The position numbers and the translations under genes were made by a program. From the NCBI GenBank assembly GCA_963733035.1, contig CAVTBU010000005.1:1920001-1984000 (forward strand): a stretch of 64,000 bases of DNA, read 5' to 3'. Shown here piece by piece: positions 55,500 through 64,000 of the stretch (position 1 is its first letter; every line of letters starts with the position of its first letter). The notes below the pieces were generated by a model, which saw only the letters and a program-made list of their open reading frames with translations, searched no databases and was not told the DNA's origin. The stretch is from Pirellulales bacterium (GTDB lineage Bacteria; Planctomycetota; Planctomycetia; Pirellulales; PALSA-1355).

Positions 55500-56702
55500 C
55501 TACGAGTACTTTCTCAACTCTTGTTTGGCAATCGACTCGCGGTGGACCTCATCCGGGCCGTCTGCCAAACGAAGCGTGCGGGCACTTGCCCAGGCATCCG
55601 CCAGAGGGAAATCTCCACACACGCCGGCACCGCCGTGGGCTTGAATCGCCCGGTCGATCACCCGCAAGGCCATGTTCGGCGCAATTACCTTGATCATCGC
55701 AATTTCGCTTCGTGCAACCTTGTTTCCGACCGTGTCCATCATGTAGGCGGCCTTAAGTGTCAGCAGTCTGGCTTGTTCGATTTCGATTCGCGAATCGGCG
55801 ATGTCGGCCCGAACGGTTCCCTGGGCTGCAATGGGTTTGCCGAACGCCACGCGACTCTGCACACGTTTGCACAAAAGTTCCAGCGCGCGCTCGGCCTGAC
55901 CGATCAATCGCATGCAGTGATGAATGCGCCCCGGACCGAGTCGACCTTGCGCGATCTCAAAACCGCGCCCTTCGCCCAGAAGCAGATTGGATGCCGGCAC
56001 ACGAACGTTCTCGTAAGTCACTTCGGCATGTCCATGGGGTGCGTGGTCGTAGCCGAAGACTGTCAGCATCCTGTCGATTTTCACGCCGGGCGTGTCGAAC
56101 GGCACCAGGATCATCGACTGTTGCTTGTGCGTTTCGGCCGACGGATCGGTCTTGCCCATGAAAATTGCGATCTTGCAGCGGGGATCGCCGGCTCCCGAGC
56201 TCCACCACTTGCGTCCATTGATCACATAACTATCGCCGTCGCGGCGAATGCTCGACTGGATGTTCGTGGCGTCGCTCGAAGCCACCTCGGGTTCGGTCAT
56301 GGCGAAGCAGGAACGAATTTCTCCGGCCAACAACGGTGCGAGCCATTGCTTTTGTTGCTCGGGCGTGCCGTACTGAGCCAGGACTTCCATGTTGCCGGTG
56401 TCCGGGGCCGAACAGTTGAACACTTCTGGCGCCATGTGCGAACGGCCCATGATCTCGCAGAGCGGAGCGTATTCCAGGTTGGTCGGGCCGGCGCCGTGCT
56501 CCTTGTCGGGCAGAAAAAGGTTCCAGAGGCCGGCCGCCCGAGCTTTGGGTTTTAATTCCTCGATGATCTTTGCCGGCTGCCATCGATCGCCGGTGTTGAT
56601 CTCATCGTGCCACCGCGATTCGTTGGGGTAGATGTGTTCGTCCATGAACGCGGTCAGCCGCCGCTGCAAATCCTTGACCTTGTCGGAATGCTCAAAGTGC
56701 AT
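55500..56702 (-). CDS. Acyl-CoA dehydrogenase (ACAD11/FadE2/LvaC-like)
   Basis: [52 protein letters not shown] and [10 protein letters not shown] motifs. Confidence 0.93.
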   Translation of the reverse strand: MHFEHSDKVKDLQRRLTAFMDEHIYPNESRWHDEINTGDRWQPAKIIEELKPKARAAGLWNLFLPDKEHGAGPTNLEYAPLCEIMGRSHMAPEVFNCSAPDTGNMEVLAQYGTPEQQKQWLAPLLAGEIRSCFAMTEPEVASSDATNIQSSIRRDGDSYVINGRKWWSSGAGDPRCKIAIFMGKTDPSAETHKQQSMILVPFDTPGVKIDRMLTVFGYDHAPHGHAEVTYENVRVPASNLLLGEGRGFEIAQGRLGPGRIHHCMRLIGQAERALELLCKRVQSRVAFGKPIAAQGTVRADIADSRIEIEQARLLTLKAAYMMDTVGNKVARSEIAMIKVIAPNMALRVIDRAIQAHGGAGVCGDFPLADAWASARTLRLADGPDEVHRESIAKQELRKYS

Positions 56703-56951
56703 GATGACCGCCCTTTCGCACAACCAAAATTGTGAACTCCACCGCCTGACGTGCGGTTAAAATCTCAGAAAACCACCCACATCGTCGAGTTCTCAGATGG
56801 ACGCCCGCGGGCAGGCCGCCGCTGCGTAAGGAATTGACAGAGGCCCTGATTGCCCGACCAACGCGCGTGTGGGTTTACATCCTACCGAACGGACGGTAGA
56901 TTCGCTATCAGGGGCCTCACTTTTCCCAACCTCCTTTCGCCAGGAACTCCC

Positions 56952-58130
56952 ATGACCTCCGACAGCCAGAAGGTGCTGGCCGACGTCGACGCCTATTGCC
57001 AGGAATTGCGGCCCATCGAGGAATTGTGCTATTTGGAGCACCGATACAACCAGGCCACGGTTGATCTGGCAAGGAAATACAACCTGTTGGGGATTCCCGT
57101 TCCAGTCGAGTATGGCGGACGCGGTGCGGATGCGCTGACTTACGCCCGAGCCCTGGCGCGAATCGGTCGCGAGGGAACCGGCGTGCGGACGTTCTTTTCT
57201 GGTCAAACGTCGATCGGCCAGTATCCGATCATGCGCTACGGCGATGTCGAGCAACACAAGCGCTATCTGCCGGCCTCGTGCCGGGGCGAGAAGATTCTGG
57301 CCTTTGGGCTCACCGAACCCGATGCCGGTTCGAACCCCTTGGAAATGACCAGCACGTATCGCCGTAGCGGCGACAAATTCTTGCTCAACGGCGTCAAGTA
57401 CTTGATCTCCAATGGCGGCATTGCCGACGCAGTGGTCTGTTTTGCGTATCCTGAGGACAAGACCGGCAAGGACCGCCGCATGAGCGCATTCATCGTCGAT
57501 ACGGCGGGCGATACGTTCGAGGCGGAGGATCTTTCGGCCAAGCCCGGGATGTACAGCGCCAACACCGGCATGTTTCAGATGACCGACCATCCGGTGCCAG
57601 CGGAAAACCTGCTCGGCGAGGAAGGCAATGGTTTCCGCGTCGCCATGGGGACCCTCGTTTCAGGCCGGCTGAGCGTGGCGGCCGGCTGCCTGGGGGTCAT
57701 TGAAGACTGCCTGACGGAGGCAATCGAGTATTCCAAGACACGAATCCAGCATGGCAAGCCGATCGGCAAGCATCAACTTGTGCAAGAACATCTGGCACTG
57801 ATTGAAATGGGGCGTGCAACCAGCGATGCTCTGATTGAGCGCGCAGCCGTTGCCAAGGGTATCAGCGACAAGGCGCCCGGCGACAAACAGCTCTTGGCCG
57901 AGGCAGACATCCGCGTGGCCCAGGCAAAGTTCTGTGCGTCGAACGCGGCGTGGGATGCGGCCGACCGGGCCGTCCAGATTTATGGCGGCCGCGGTTGGAG
58001 CGAGCTCTATCGCGTCGGGCGGCATTTGCAGGACGTACGCGTCTGCCGCATCTACGAGGGGACCGACGAGATCATGAAACTCAAGATCGCGTCGTCGCTG
58101 TTGGGCAAGGACTTTGCCGCGTTCGGCTGA
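56952..58130 (+). CDS. Acyl-CoA dehydrogenase family protein
   Basis: YGGRG, FGLTEPDAGS, LNGVKYLISNG, AVQIYGGRG and IYEGTDEI motifs. It is divergent from the ACAD11-like operon. Confidence 0.92.
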   Translation: MTSDSQKVLADVDAYCQELRPIEELCYLEHRYNQATVDLARKYNLLGIPVPVEYGGRGADALTYARALARIGREGTGVRTFFSGQTSIGQYPIMRYGDVEQHKRYLPASCRGEKILAFGLTEPDAGSNPLEMTSTYRRSGDKFLLNGVKYLISNGGIADAVVCFAYPEDKTGKDRRMSAFIVDTAGDTFEAEDLSAKPGMYSANTGMFQMTDHPVPAENLLGEEGNGFRVAMGTLVSGRLSVAAGCLGVIEDCLTEAIEYSKTRIQHGKPIGKHQLVQEHLALIEMGRATSDALIERAAVAKGISDKAPGDKQLLAEADIRVAQAKFCASNAAWDAADRAVQIYGGRGWSELYRVGRHLQDVRVCRIYEGTDEIMKLKIASSLLGKDFAAFG

Positions 58131-58170
58131 TTTAGCCCTCCGCATGTCGCGAGGGGCGTGTTGCGTGACG

Positions 58171-59070
58171 ATGATGCAACCCCCGCAATTTTCTTCCTCG
58201 ACCTATCGTGGCCGCATTGCCCCCACGCCGAGCGGCCCCTTGCATCTCGGTCACGCGCTGACGTTTTGGACTGCCCAGCAACGCGCCATCGAAAGTGGCG
58301 GCATCCTGATCCTACGCAACGAAGATCTCGATCCGGACCGCTGCAAGCCGCAATACGCGGCGCAAATGTTCGACGATCTGCGATGGTTTGGCCTTCGCTG
58401 GCAGGAAGGTCCGGACGTTGGCGGTCCGTTTGCGCCCTACGTGCAGAGTGAGCGCCGCGCGCTGTACCTGGAGACCTGGCGGCTGCTCGTGGCCGTCGGC
58501 GCTATCTATCCTAGTCCGCATTCTCGCAAGGACATTGCCGAAGCGCTGCTCGCACCGCACGATGAACCGCGCGGCGCGGCGGCCTCAATGGAGCAGATCT
58601 TTCCGACCGAGTTGCGGCCGACATCGCCAGTGGTGCCTCCAAGCACACCTGGCGACGTCAACTGGCGGTTCCGCGTGCCCGACGGCGAGGTAATTGCCTT
58701 CATGGATGCTCGTCACGGACGCGTCGAGCGCACGGCTGGCGTCGATTTTGGCGACTTTCTTGTCTGGCGCAAGGACGGCTATCCATCGTATGAATTGGCC
58801 GTCGTACACGACGACCACGCCATGCGGATTAGCGAAGTCGTGCGCGGGGAGGATTTACTGACCTCGACCGCCCGGCAGCTTCTGCTTTATCGTGCGCTCG
58901 ATTGGCCACCGCCGACGTTCTATCACTGCCCGCTAGTCCGCGACGAGCGCGGTCAGCGATTGGCGAAGCGTGCCGACGCGGTATCTCTGGCGCGTTTGCG
59001 TGCTGCCGGTAAATCTCCGGAAGCATTGCGCCTCGAAACCAGGCCGCCCGATAGAGCCACGGGTTCGTAG
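58171..59070 (+). CDS. gluQ: Glutamyl-Q tRNA(Asp) synthetase (truncated GluRS paralog)
   Basis: YRGRIAPTPSGPLHLGH, RNEDLD, GDFLVWRKDG, VVRGEDLL and RLAKR motifs. No anticodon-binding domain. Confidence 0.85.
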   Translation: MMQPPQFSSSTYRGRIAPTPSGPLHLGHALTFWTAQQRAIESGGILILRNEDLDPDRCKPQYAAQMFDDLRWFGLRWQEGPDVGGPFAPYVQSERRALYLETWRLLVAVGAIYPSPHSRKDIAEALLAPHDEPRGAAASMEQIFPTELRPTSPVVPPSTPGDVNWRFRVPDGEVIAFMDARHGRVERTAGVDFGDFLVWRKDGYPSYELAVVHDDHAMRISEVVRGEDLLTSTARQLLLYRALDWPPPTFYHCPLVRDERGQRLAKRADAVSLARLRAAGKSPEALRLETRPPDRATGS

Positions 59071-59075
59071 GCAAC

Positions 59076-59534
59076 TCAGGCCTCATTCAATTGTTTGCGC
59101 ACGGCATTCCATGCGTGTCGAATCACCTGATCGGCGGCCGCCTTGATCAGCGTGGGGCTGACCGCAGAAAGCAGTCCTTTGAGTTGTTCAACGTGCGCGG
59201 TCCAAATGAGCCGAGATCCCTCTCCCTCGGGCAAGACCTGCATTTGCGAAACGACGCTCATCCCAACGCCGATCCCTTGAGCCTCGACGTTCATCGCGGC
59301 CTTCTCGGGAGAATGGCAATCGCCAAGCGAAATCGTCAGCCGCATCGTGCCACGAAGAAAGGAGAAGCCCGGCTTGACGACACACTTCATCGACCGTTCG
59401 TCAACTTTTTCAGAAGACACGAGATCGGGAATCGTGGTCGCCATCGCATCCAGGTCGGTTAACAACGCATAGACGAGCTGCTGAGAGGCCGCGAATTGCT
59501 CCTCTCCGCCAAACTCGATTGGTTCTTTGGCCAC
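59076..59534 (-). CDS. CoxG/SRPBCC (START-like) family protein
   Basis: FGGEEQF…VYALLTD…TIPDL…VKPGFSFLRG, about 150 aa with an SRPBCC-like pattern. GTG start after AGGTGGAG. Confidence 0.75.
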   Translation of the reverse strand: MAKEPIEFGGEEQFAASQQLVYALLTDLDAMATTIPDLVSSEKVDERSMKCVVKPGFSFLRGTMRLTISLGDCHSPEKAAMNVEAQGIGVGMSVVSQMQVLPEGEGSRLIWTAHVEQLKGLLSAVSPTLIKAAADQVIRHAWNAVRKQLNEA

Positions 59535-59578
59535 GTGATACTCCACCTAGGAATCGAGCGGTGCGTATTGACTCCGCA

Positions 59579-61437
59579 CTAGGGCAACGGTGCGCCGCCT
59601 TGGAACATCTGTCCGACGGCGCCAATGAACTGGCCGATACCCGCCACGACGTCGTCGGGCAACACCAGTTCGGCGTCGAGGCCGGTTTCACTCACTCGAG
59701 CCGCGACCCCAATCGGCTCGCTGGGCGGAAACGCCGGTAATTGAAATTCGCCTCCCAGCATGGCCTTCATAAACGAGCCGATCAGTTGCACGACGCCCTG
59801 GGGATTGGCATACCCCATCCACTGGCTCCCCGCGGGCAGCATGGCTGTCGTCTTGGCGATGTCGCCGTCGGACTCGAGTCCCTTGGCCCCCGAGCGAACG
59901 TGTTCCACGCCGCGCACCAACTGTTCACGGCTATAAGCACTGACGACCACGTGGTCATTGGCCTTGGTTACGTACATGCGAATCTTGCCTTCGCGGCCAA
60001 ACATCATATCGAAGATCCCGCGGGCCTGGTTGGCACCCCCAGCGCCACCACCCTGGATCTCAGCCAGGGAGTCGAAATTCGTTACTAACTCGATGGCGTC
60101 GATTTCGCCCACCTTTAGGTCATTGACTTCATACATCGGAGCTTGCGTCTTGGGATTGCGCATCGAAAGTGCTAACAATTCGAGTGCCTCGCGGGTGAGC
60201 TTTAAATGTTCGTCGGCATTTTTCACGTGTTCAATGCTGATCGCGGTCGAGAAGAGCGAATCGCCGGGCGCATCATTCCCATCACACCTCCGGAATAAAC
60301 CTTTCCCGCCTGGAGCTGCTCGCTCAGGGCCATGTAGGCTTTGCGTCGCTCTTTGTCGAGCCCCATCATCTGCATACCGTTTGCGCTGAAGCGGCTGATC
60401 AGGGCCCAGACTTCAGGGCTGAACTGCGCCGAAACGCCGCCGTAGGCAAACACGTAGTCCCCGGGGGGAACTCCAGCCAGCAAGCCTTCGGAAGGCACCT
60501 TGATGTTCTTCGCCCAGGAGGCGAGCTTTCCGTCGGGTACGAACAACGCGCGAACCGCGACGTGCAAGGTCGCGGTGTCCTCGATGCGGACACCAGCTGC
60601 GAGATGCGTCAGTTGCTCGTCGGCGGCGATCAACAACTCTTTGAACATGCCGAACATTTGGCCGACACCCGCCAGTGCATTGGCCTCGGCCGTTACCTCG
60701 GCATCGACTTCGTCATCTTTGTCGTCCGAATCATCCTCCTCGGCGTCGCCCTTTTGGTCTTTGTCTGCATCTTCGTCGTCATCCGTGCCAGGCTTGAGAC
60801 CGGCCTCGATTTGCTTTTGCGTGGGCATCGCCGCGGCCAGCGACTGGAACAGCTTGGTTTTTCCCGACGGCGTTACCACAACCGCCAATTGCTGTTCCCC
60901 GATCCAGGATTTGAGCGGTTCGACCGTCGAAATGACCGACGTCTTGCTCGACAACACCTTTTCCAAGAGAGCTTTGTGCTGGGGGTTGACGGCAAAGACT
61001 GCGAAGTCACCCTTCCGACCCACGAGCATCGATTGGCCAAATACGGTGACCTTGGTAATCGCGGCGTCTGCGTCTTGCGGAGATAGCGTGCCGATGAACT
61101 GTTTGTAGTCGCTGACCGGCGCGAAACCGAACCAACCCAAGTCGGCGATACCTTTGTCGCCAGTTGGCAGGACGGCAATGGCCAAACCTCCCTTTTCGTC
61201 GAGCCCTTGATCAACGCCAGCCATACCCTTGACCATTTCGAGCAAGTCGGGCACCGGCAGCTGCATTTTAGCGGTCAGCTTGCCCACTCTAGCGTTCGCA
61301 TCACTCAGATCGTGGATCACCGCAAAGCCGTAGGCGTCGTCAGGAATCACTTCCAGCGGATTGGACTGGGCCAACAGTGTGGCTGTCATGGCCAAACACA
61401 CAAATGGCGCGGCCAGCAACGAGTGTGCGCGTGTCAT
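59579..61437 (-). CDS. Exported hypothetical protein (~620 aa, DUF3352-like) with acidic insertion; frame break near 60268
   Basis: Signal peptide MTRAHSLLAAPFVCLAMTATLLA followed by NPLEVIPDDA. The reading continues …MMRP/GDSLFSTAISIEHVKNADEH into the 59579-60226 frame. Confidence 0.65.
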
Positions 61438-61522
61438 CGATGAGCTCCGTAAGGATGCCGGGCGAGGGGAGGTTCCGCCAAAAGCTGCCCAATTGTAACC
61501 TTCGCCGCAAATTCCGACCAGT

Positions 61523-62769
61523 TTATGCGCCGCGCGATGCCGAATCAGTTCGAGCAAACGATTGGCCATGCTCACGGCGAATGCCGAGTCGTTGATATGC
61601 AAGTCGAGCTGCCGAATGTCCAGTTGCGGGCCATTTTCTCGTATCGCGCCAAGAGCGCGCCGCGGGCGAGTGGATCGTCGAAAGGCTGATCTGCCCGGTC
61701 AATCGCCGAAACTCCTCGACTGGGTAGAAAGACAGTGACCGGCGCCGTAGCTTGCGACAACTTGCGTCCGATGTCTGCGCCGATCCGCGCGCATTCGTCC
61801 ACAGTTGTGCGCATGAGCGTCACGCTGGGATTGTGACGATAGAACTTCCGGGTCGAGAACTCCGCGGGAACCGTTTCTGGCGCATGAAAATTCACCATGT
61901 CCGTGGCACCCACCGATACGACTTGGGGTACGCCAGCCTGGGCGGCCGCCGTGAGCCGCTGGGGGCCGGCCGAAAGAACACCGCCGACTAATTCATCGGC
62001 AAGCTCGGTCGTCGTGATGTCAAGCACGCCCGCGAACATGCCATCGCGGACCAGCGACTCCATTGCCATGCCGCCGCTGCCAGTGGCATGAAACACCAGC
62101 ACTTCGTAGCCGGCTGCTTCGAGGACCTGTTTGGCTTGCTCGACGCAGGGCGTGGTGACACCAAACATCGTGGCAGCGATCAGCGGACGAGGCGCGCTTT
62201 GCGTGGCGGCTTTCTCTAGCAACACCATGCCGGCCAGCGCGAGCCGCTTCGCCGAGGACTTCGCGGGTGACGCGATTGAGCCCGGCAATGTCGACAATGG
62301 CGTTGAGCATCAGGATGTCTTTGTCACCCACGTAGTGCCGAACCTGCCCCGAGGCAAGCGTGCTGACCATGACTTTCGGGATGCCGATCGGCAAAGCGCG
62401 CATGGCGGCGGTGCCGATCGTGGTTCCGGCCGAGCCGCCCAGTCCAATGACGCCAGCGACGTTCCCATTTGCATGCGCCTTCGCAATGAACGCGGTGGCG
62501 GCACGAGCGGCAGCACTCACGGCGGCCCCGCGATCACCGGCGGTGGCCAGGCGCGCGGCGTCTTCTCCGGCCGCGGCAAAGAACTCTCTTCGGTCGACGG
62601 TCGGCGGGACGGTCGGCGGCGCCAAGCAGCCAGCGTCGACCAACTGCACTGGAATTCCATACCCTGCCAACAGACTGCGTACGAACTCCGCCTCGGCCCC
62701 CTTGGTATCCAGCGTGGCAATGACGAACACGATGCGATGCGTGGCTGGTTCGACGGAAGACGAAGACAT
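61523..62769 (-). CDS. Tm-1-like ATP-binding domain protein (UPF0261); frame breaks near 62243 and 61645, 3' end approximate
   Basis: IATLDTKGAE, GGSAGT, LPIGIPKVMVST, TMFGVTTPCV, VFHATGSGG, DITTTELAD, DMVNF, HNPSVTLMRT and LHINDSAFA motifs across three frames. Confidence 0.85.
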
Positions 62770-63000
62770 GAAACGGGTCCCGTATCGACACGGCCGGCAG
62801 AAACATCCCCCGCTGGGGGCAGCCAATTAATGTATCGCCTAGTGGCTGGCAACGAAAACCGACGGCAAGAACCTGCATTTTCCCCACGGAGGTTTCTATT
62901 CTCGCCCGGTGCGGCCGCCGCTATAATTCCGCCTCGAAAAAACTGGAGCAGACGGCCATCCAGCCCATCTCTTTGCCATGGCCGTATTCGGAGAGCTTGC

Positions 63001-64000
63001 TTGAATCCCGTTGCGGAAGAAGCACCCCACCCGGCACCATCCGAACAGGGACCGCCGCCGTTGCGATTGGTGCGAGTTTGCGGCCCGCGGTATTCGCGCG
63101 CTGACTTACGAAGAATCGTGGGCGAAGGATCCGCTCACGCGATCATGGTCGGCGTGGGCGAAAGTTATCTGCCCGCGTTTGTACTGGCGATGGGCATGGG
63201 GCAGGTTGCGGCCGGTCTGATTACCACGATCCCCCTATTGGCCGGCGCGGTGCTGCAACTCATCTCGCCCGCGGCCGTGCGTTTTTTCGGTTCACATCGA
63301 CGATGGGTAGTGACTTGTGCGGCGGTGCAAGCTGGCAGTTTTGTGCCGCTGGCGATCGCCGCCTGGTACGGCCATCTGCCTGTGCTGGCAATGTTCGCGC
63401 TGGCCGCGATCTATTGGGGAGCCGGGCTCGGTACGTCCACGTCATGGAGTACCTGGGTCGAGAAGCTCATCCCACGGAATCTGCGCACGCAGTTCTTTTC
63501 ACGGCGAACGCGTCTGAACCAAATCGCGACACTGAGCGGGTTCGTGCTCGGTGGGTTTGGTCTGCAGTGGGGGGCCGCGCACGGGTGCGCGCTAACTCTA
63601 TTTGCCGTCCTGTTCGTGCTGGCGGCCGTGTCTCGGACGACGTCGACGGTCCTGCTGGCCAACCAAAGCGAACCGGAACCGATTCCCAATGGTCATCGCT
63701 CGGTTCCGATGCGGGAGTTCTTTCACCGCTTTCGCCAGTCGGGCGATGGAAGACTGCTGGTGTATCTGCTGAGCGTCCAGGCCGCGGCCCAAATTGCCGG
63801 CCCTTACTTCACCCCATTTATGATCCGCTCGCTGAAGTTTTCGTATGTCTCCTACGTGACTCTCATCGCCATTTCCTTTGCGGCCAAGGCAATCACGCTT
63901 CCGGCCATCGGCGCGTTGGCGCGGCGGCACGGCACCAGGAAGCTGCTATGGTTGGGCGGCATCGGTATCGTGCCCATCTCGGGCTTGTGGCTGGTCTCGA
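63001..64000 (+). CDS. MFS transporter (3' truncated by the window edge; absent from the ORF track)
   Basis: An open frame runs from TTG 63001 (GGAGAG RBS) to the window end: GEGSAHAIMVGVGESYLPAFVLAMG…PLLAGAVLQL…WSTWVEKLIPRNLRTQFFSRR…AGPYFTPFM, with multiple TM helices. TATAAT lies at 62922-62927. Confidence 0.85.
   Translation, partial: MNPVAEEAPHPAPSEQGPPPLRLVRVCGPRYSRADLRRIVGEGSAHAIMVGVGESYLPAFVLAMGMGQVAAGLITTIPLLAGAVLQLISPAAVRFFGSHRRWVVTCAAVQAGSFVPLAIAAWYGHLPVLAMFALAAIYWGAGLGTSTSWSTWVEKLIPRNLRTQFFSRRTRLNQIATLSGFVLGGFGLQWGAAHGCALTLFAVLFVLAAVSRTTSTVLLANQSEPEPIPNGHRSVPMREFFHRFRQSGDGRLLVYLLSVQAAAQIAGPYFTPFMIRSLKFSYVSYVTLIAISFAAKAITLPAIGALARRHGTRKLLWLGGIGIVPISGLWLVS

Noticed and set aside
60223..61602. 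459-aa ORF as a genuine Tm-1/exported-protein fusion
   Set aside because: An internal AGGAG RBS with a signal-peptide start at 61437 and the local indel rate indicate two separate genes.
1..64000. tRNA, rRNA, integrase, transposase, prophage or defence island
   Set aside because: No recognisable motifs for any of these were found on either strand by inspection.

Overview
GC-rich bacterial DNA that is almost certainly from a Planctomycetota (Pirellulales-like) genome. The evidence is the DUF1585/DUF1552 pair, giant exported proteins with the planctomycete E-x-L/F-E-x-R-x-L-L-A N-terminal signal, dockerin and Calx-beta modules, and a GYF_2 membrane protein. I found no rRNA, tRNA, CRISPR array, prophage or transposase. 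About a dozen small frame breaks split seven otherwise intact genes, which looks like long-read indel error rather than true pseudogenes. The left third holds an exported zinc metalloprotease and a three-gene MNIO (DUF692) RiPP-type cluster, consisting of a Tat-signal 9-Cys bufferin-like precursor, the MNIO and a DUF2063 partner behind a sigma54-like promoter. It then carries a ~3,680-aa multidomain metzincin/beta-helix/dockerin surface protein, a 1,535-aa dockerin/cohesin-like/Calx-beta protein and a beta-propeller/di-heme cytochrome. The middle has hydrolases, a LOG-family protein, a GNAT-deacetylase fusion, Tex, an ECF sigma/anti-sigma pair with a candidate autoregulatory promoter, and folK-panC-lgt. 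A highly structured candidate ncRNA lies upstream of folK. The right end has ald, an ACAD11/lva-like acyl-CoA dehydrogenase-SDR-phosphatase-kinase operon, gluQ, a CoxG-like protein, a Tm-1-like protein and a partial MFS transporter. All family calls come from motif recognition by eye; no database search was run.
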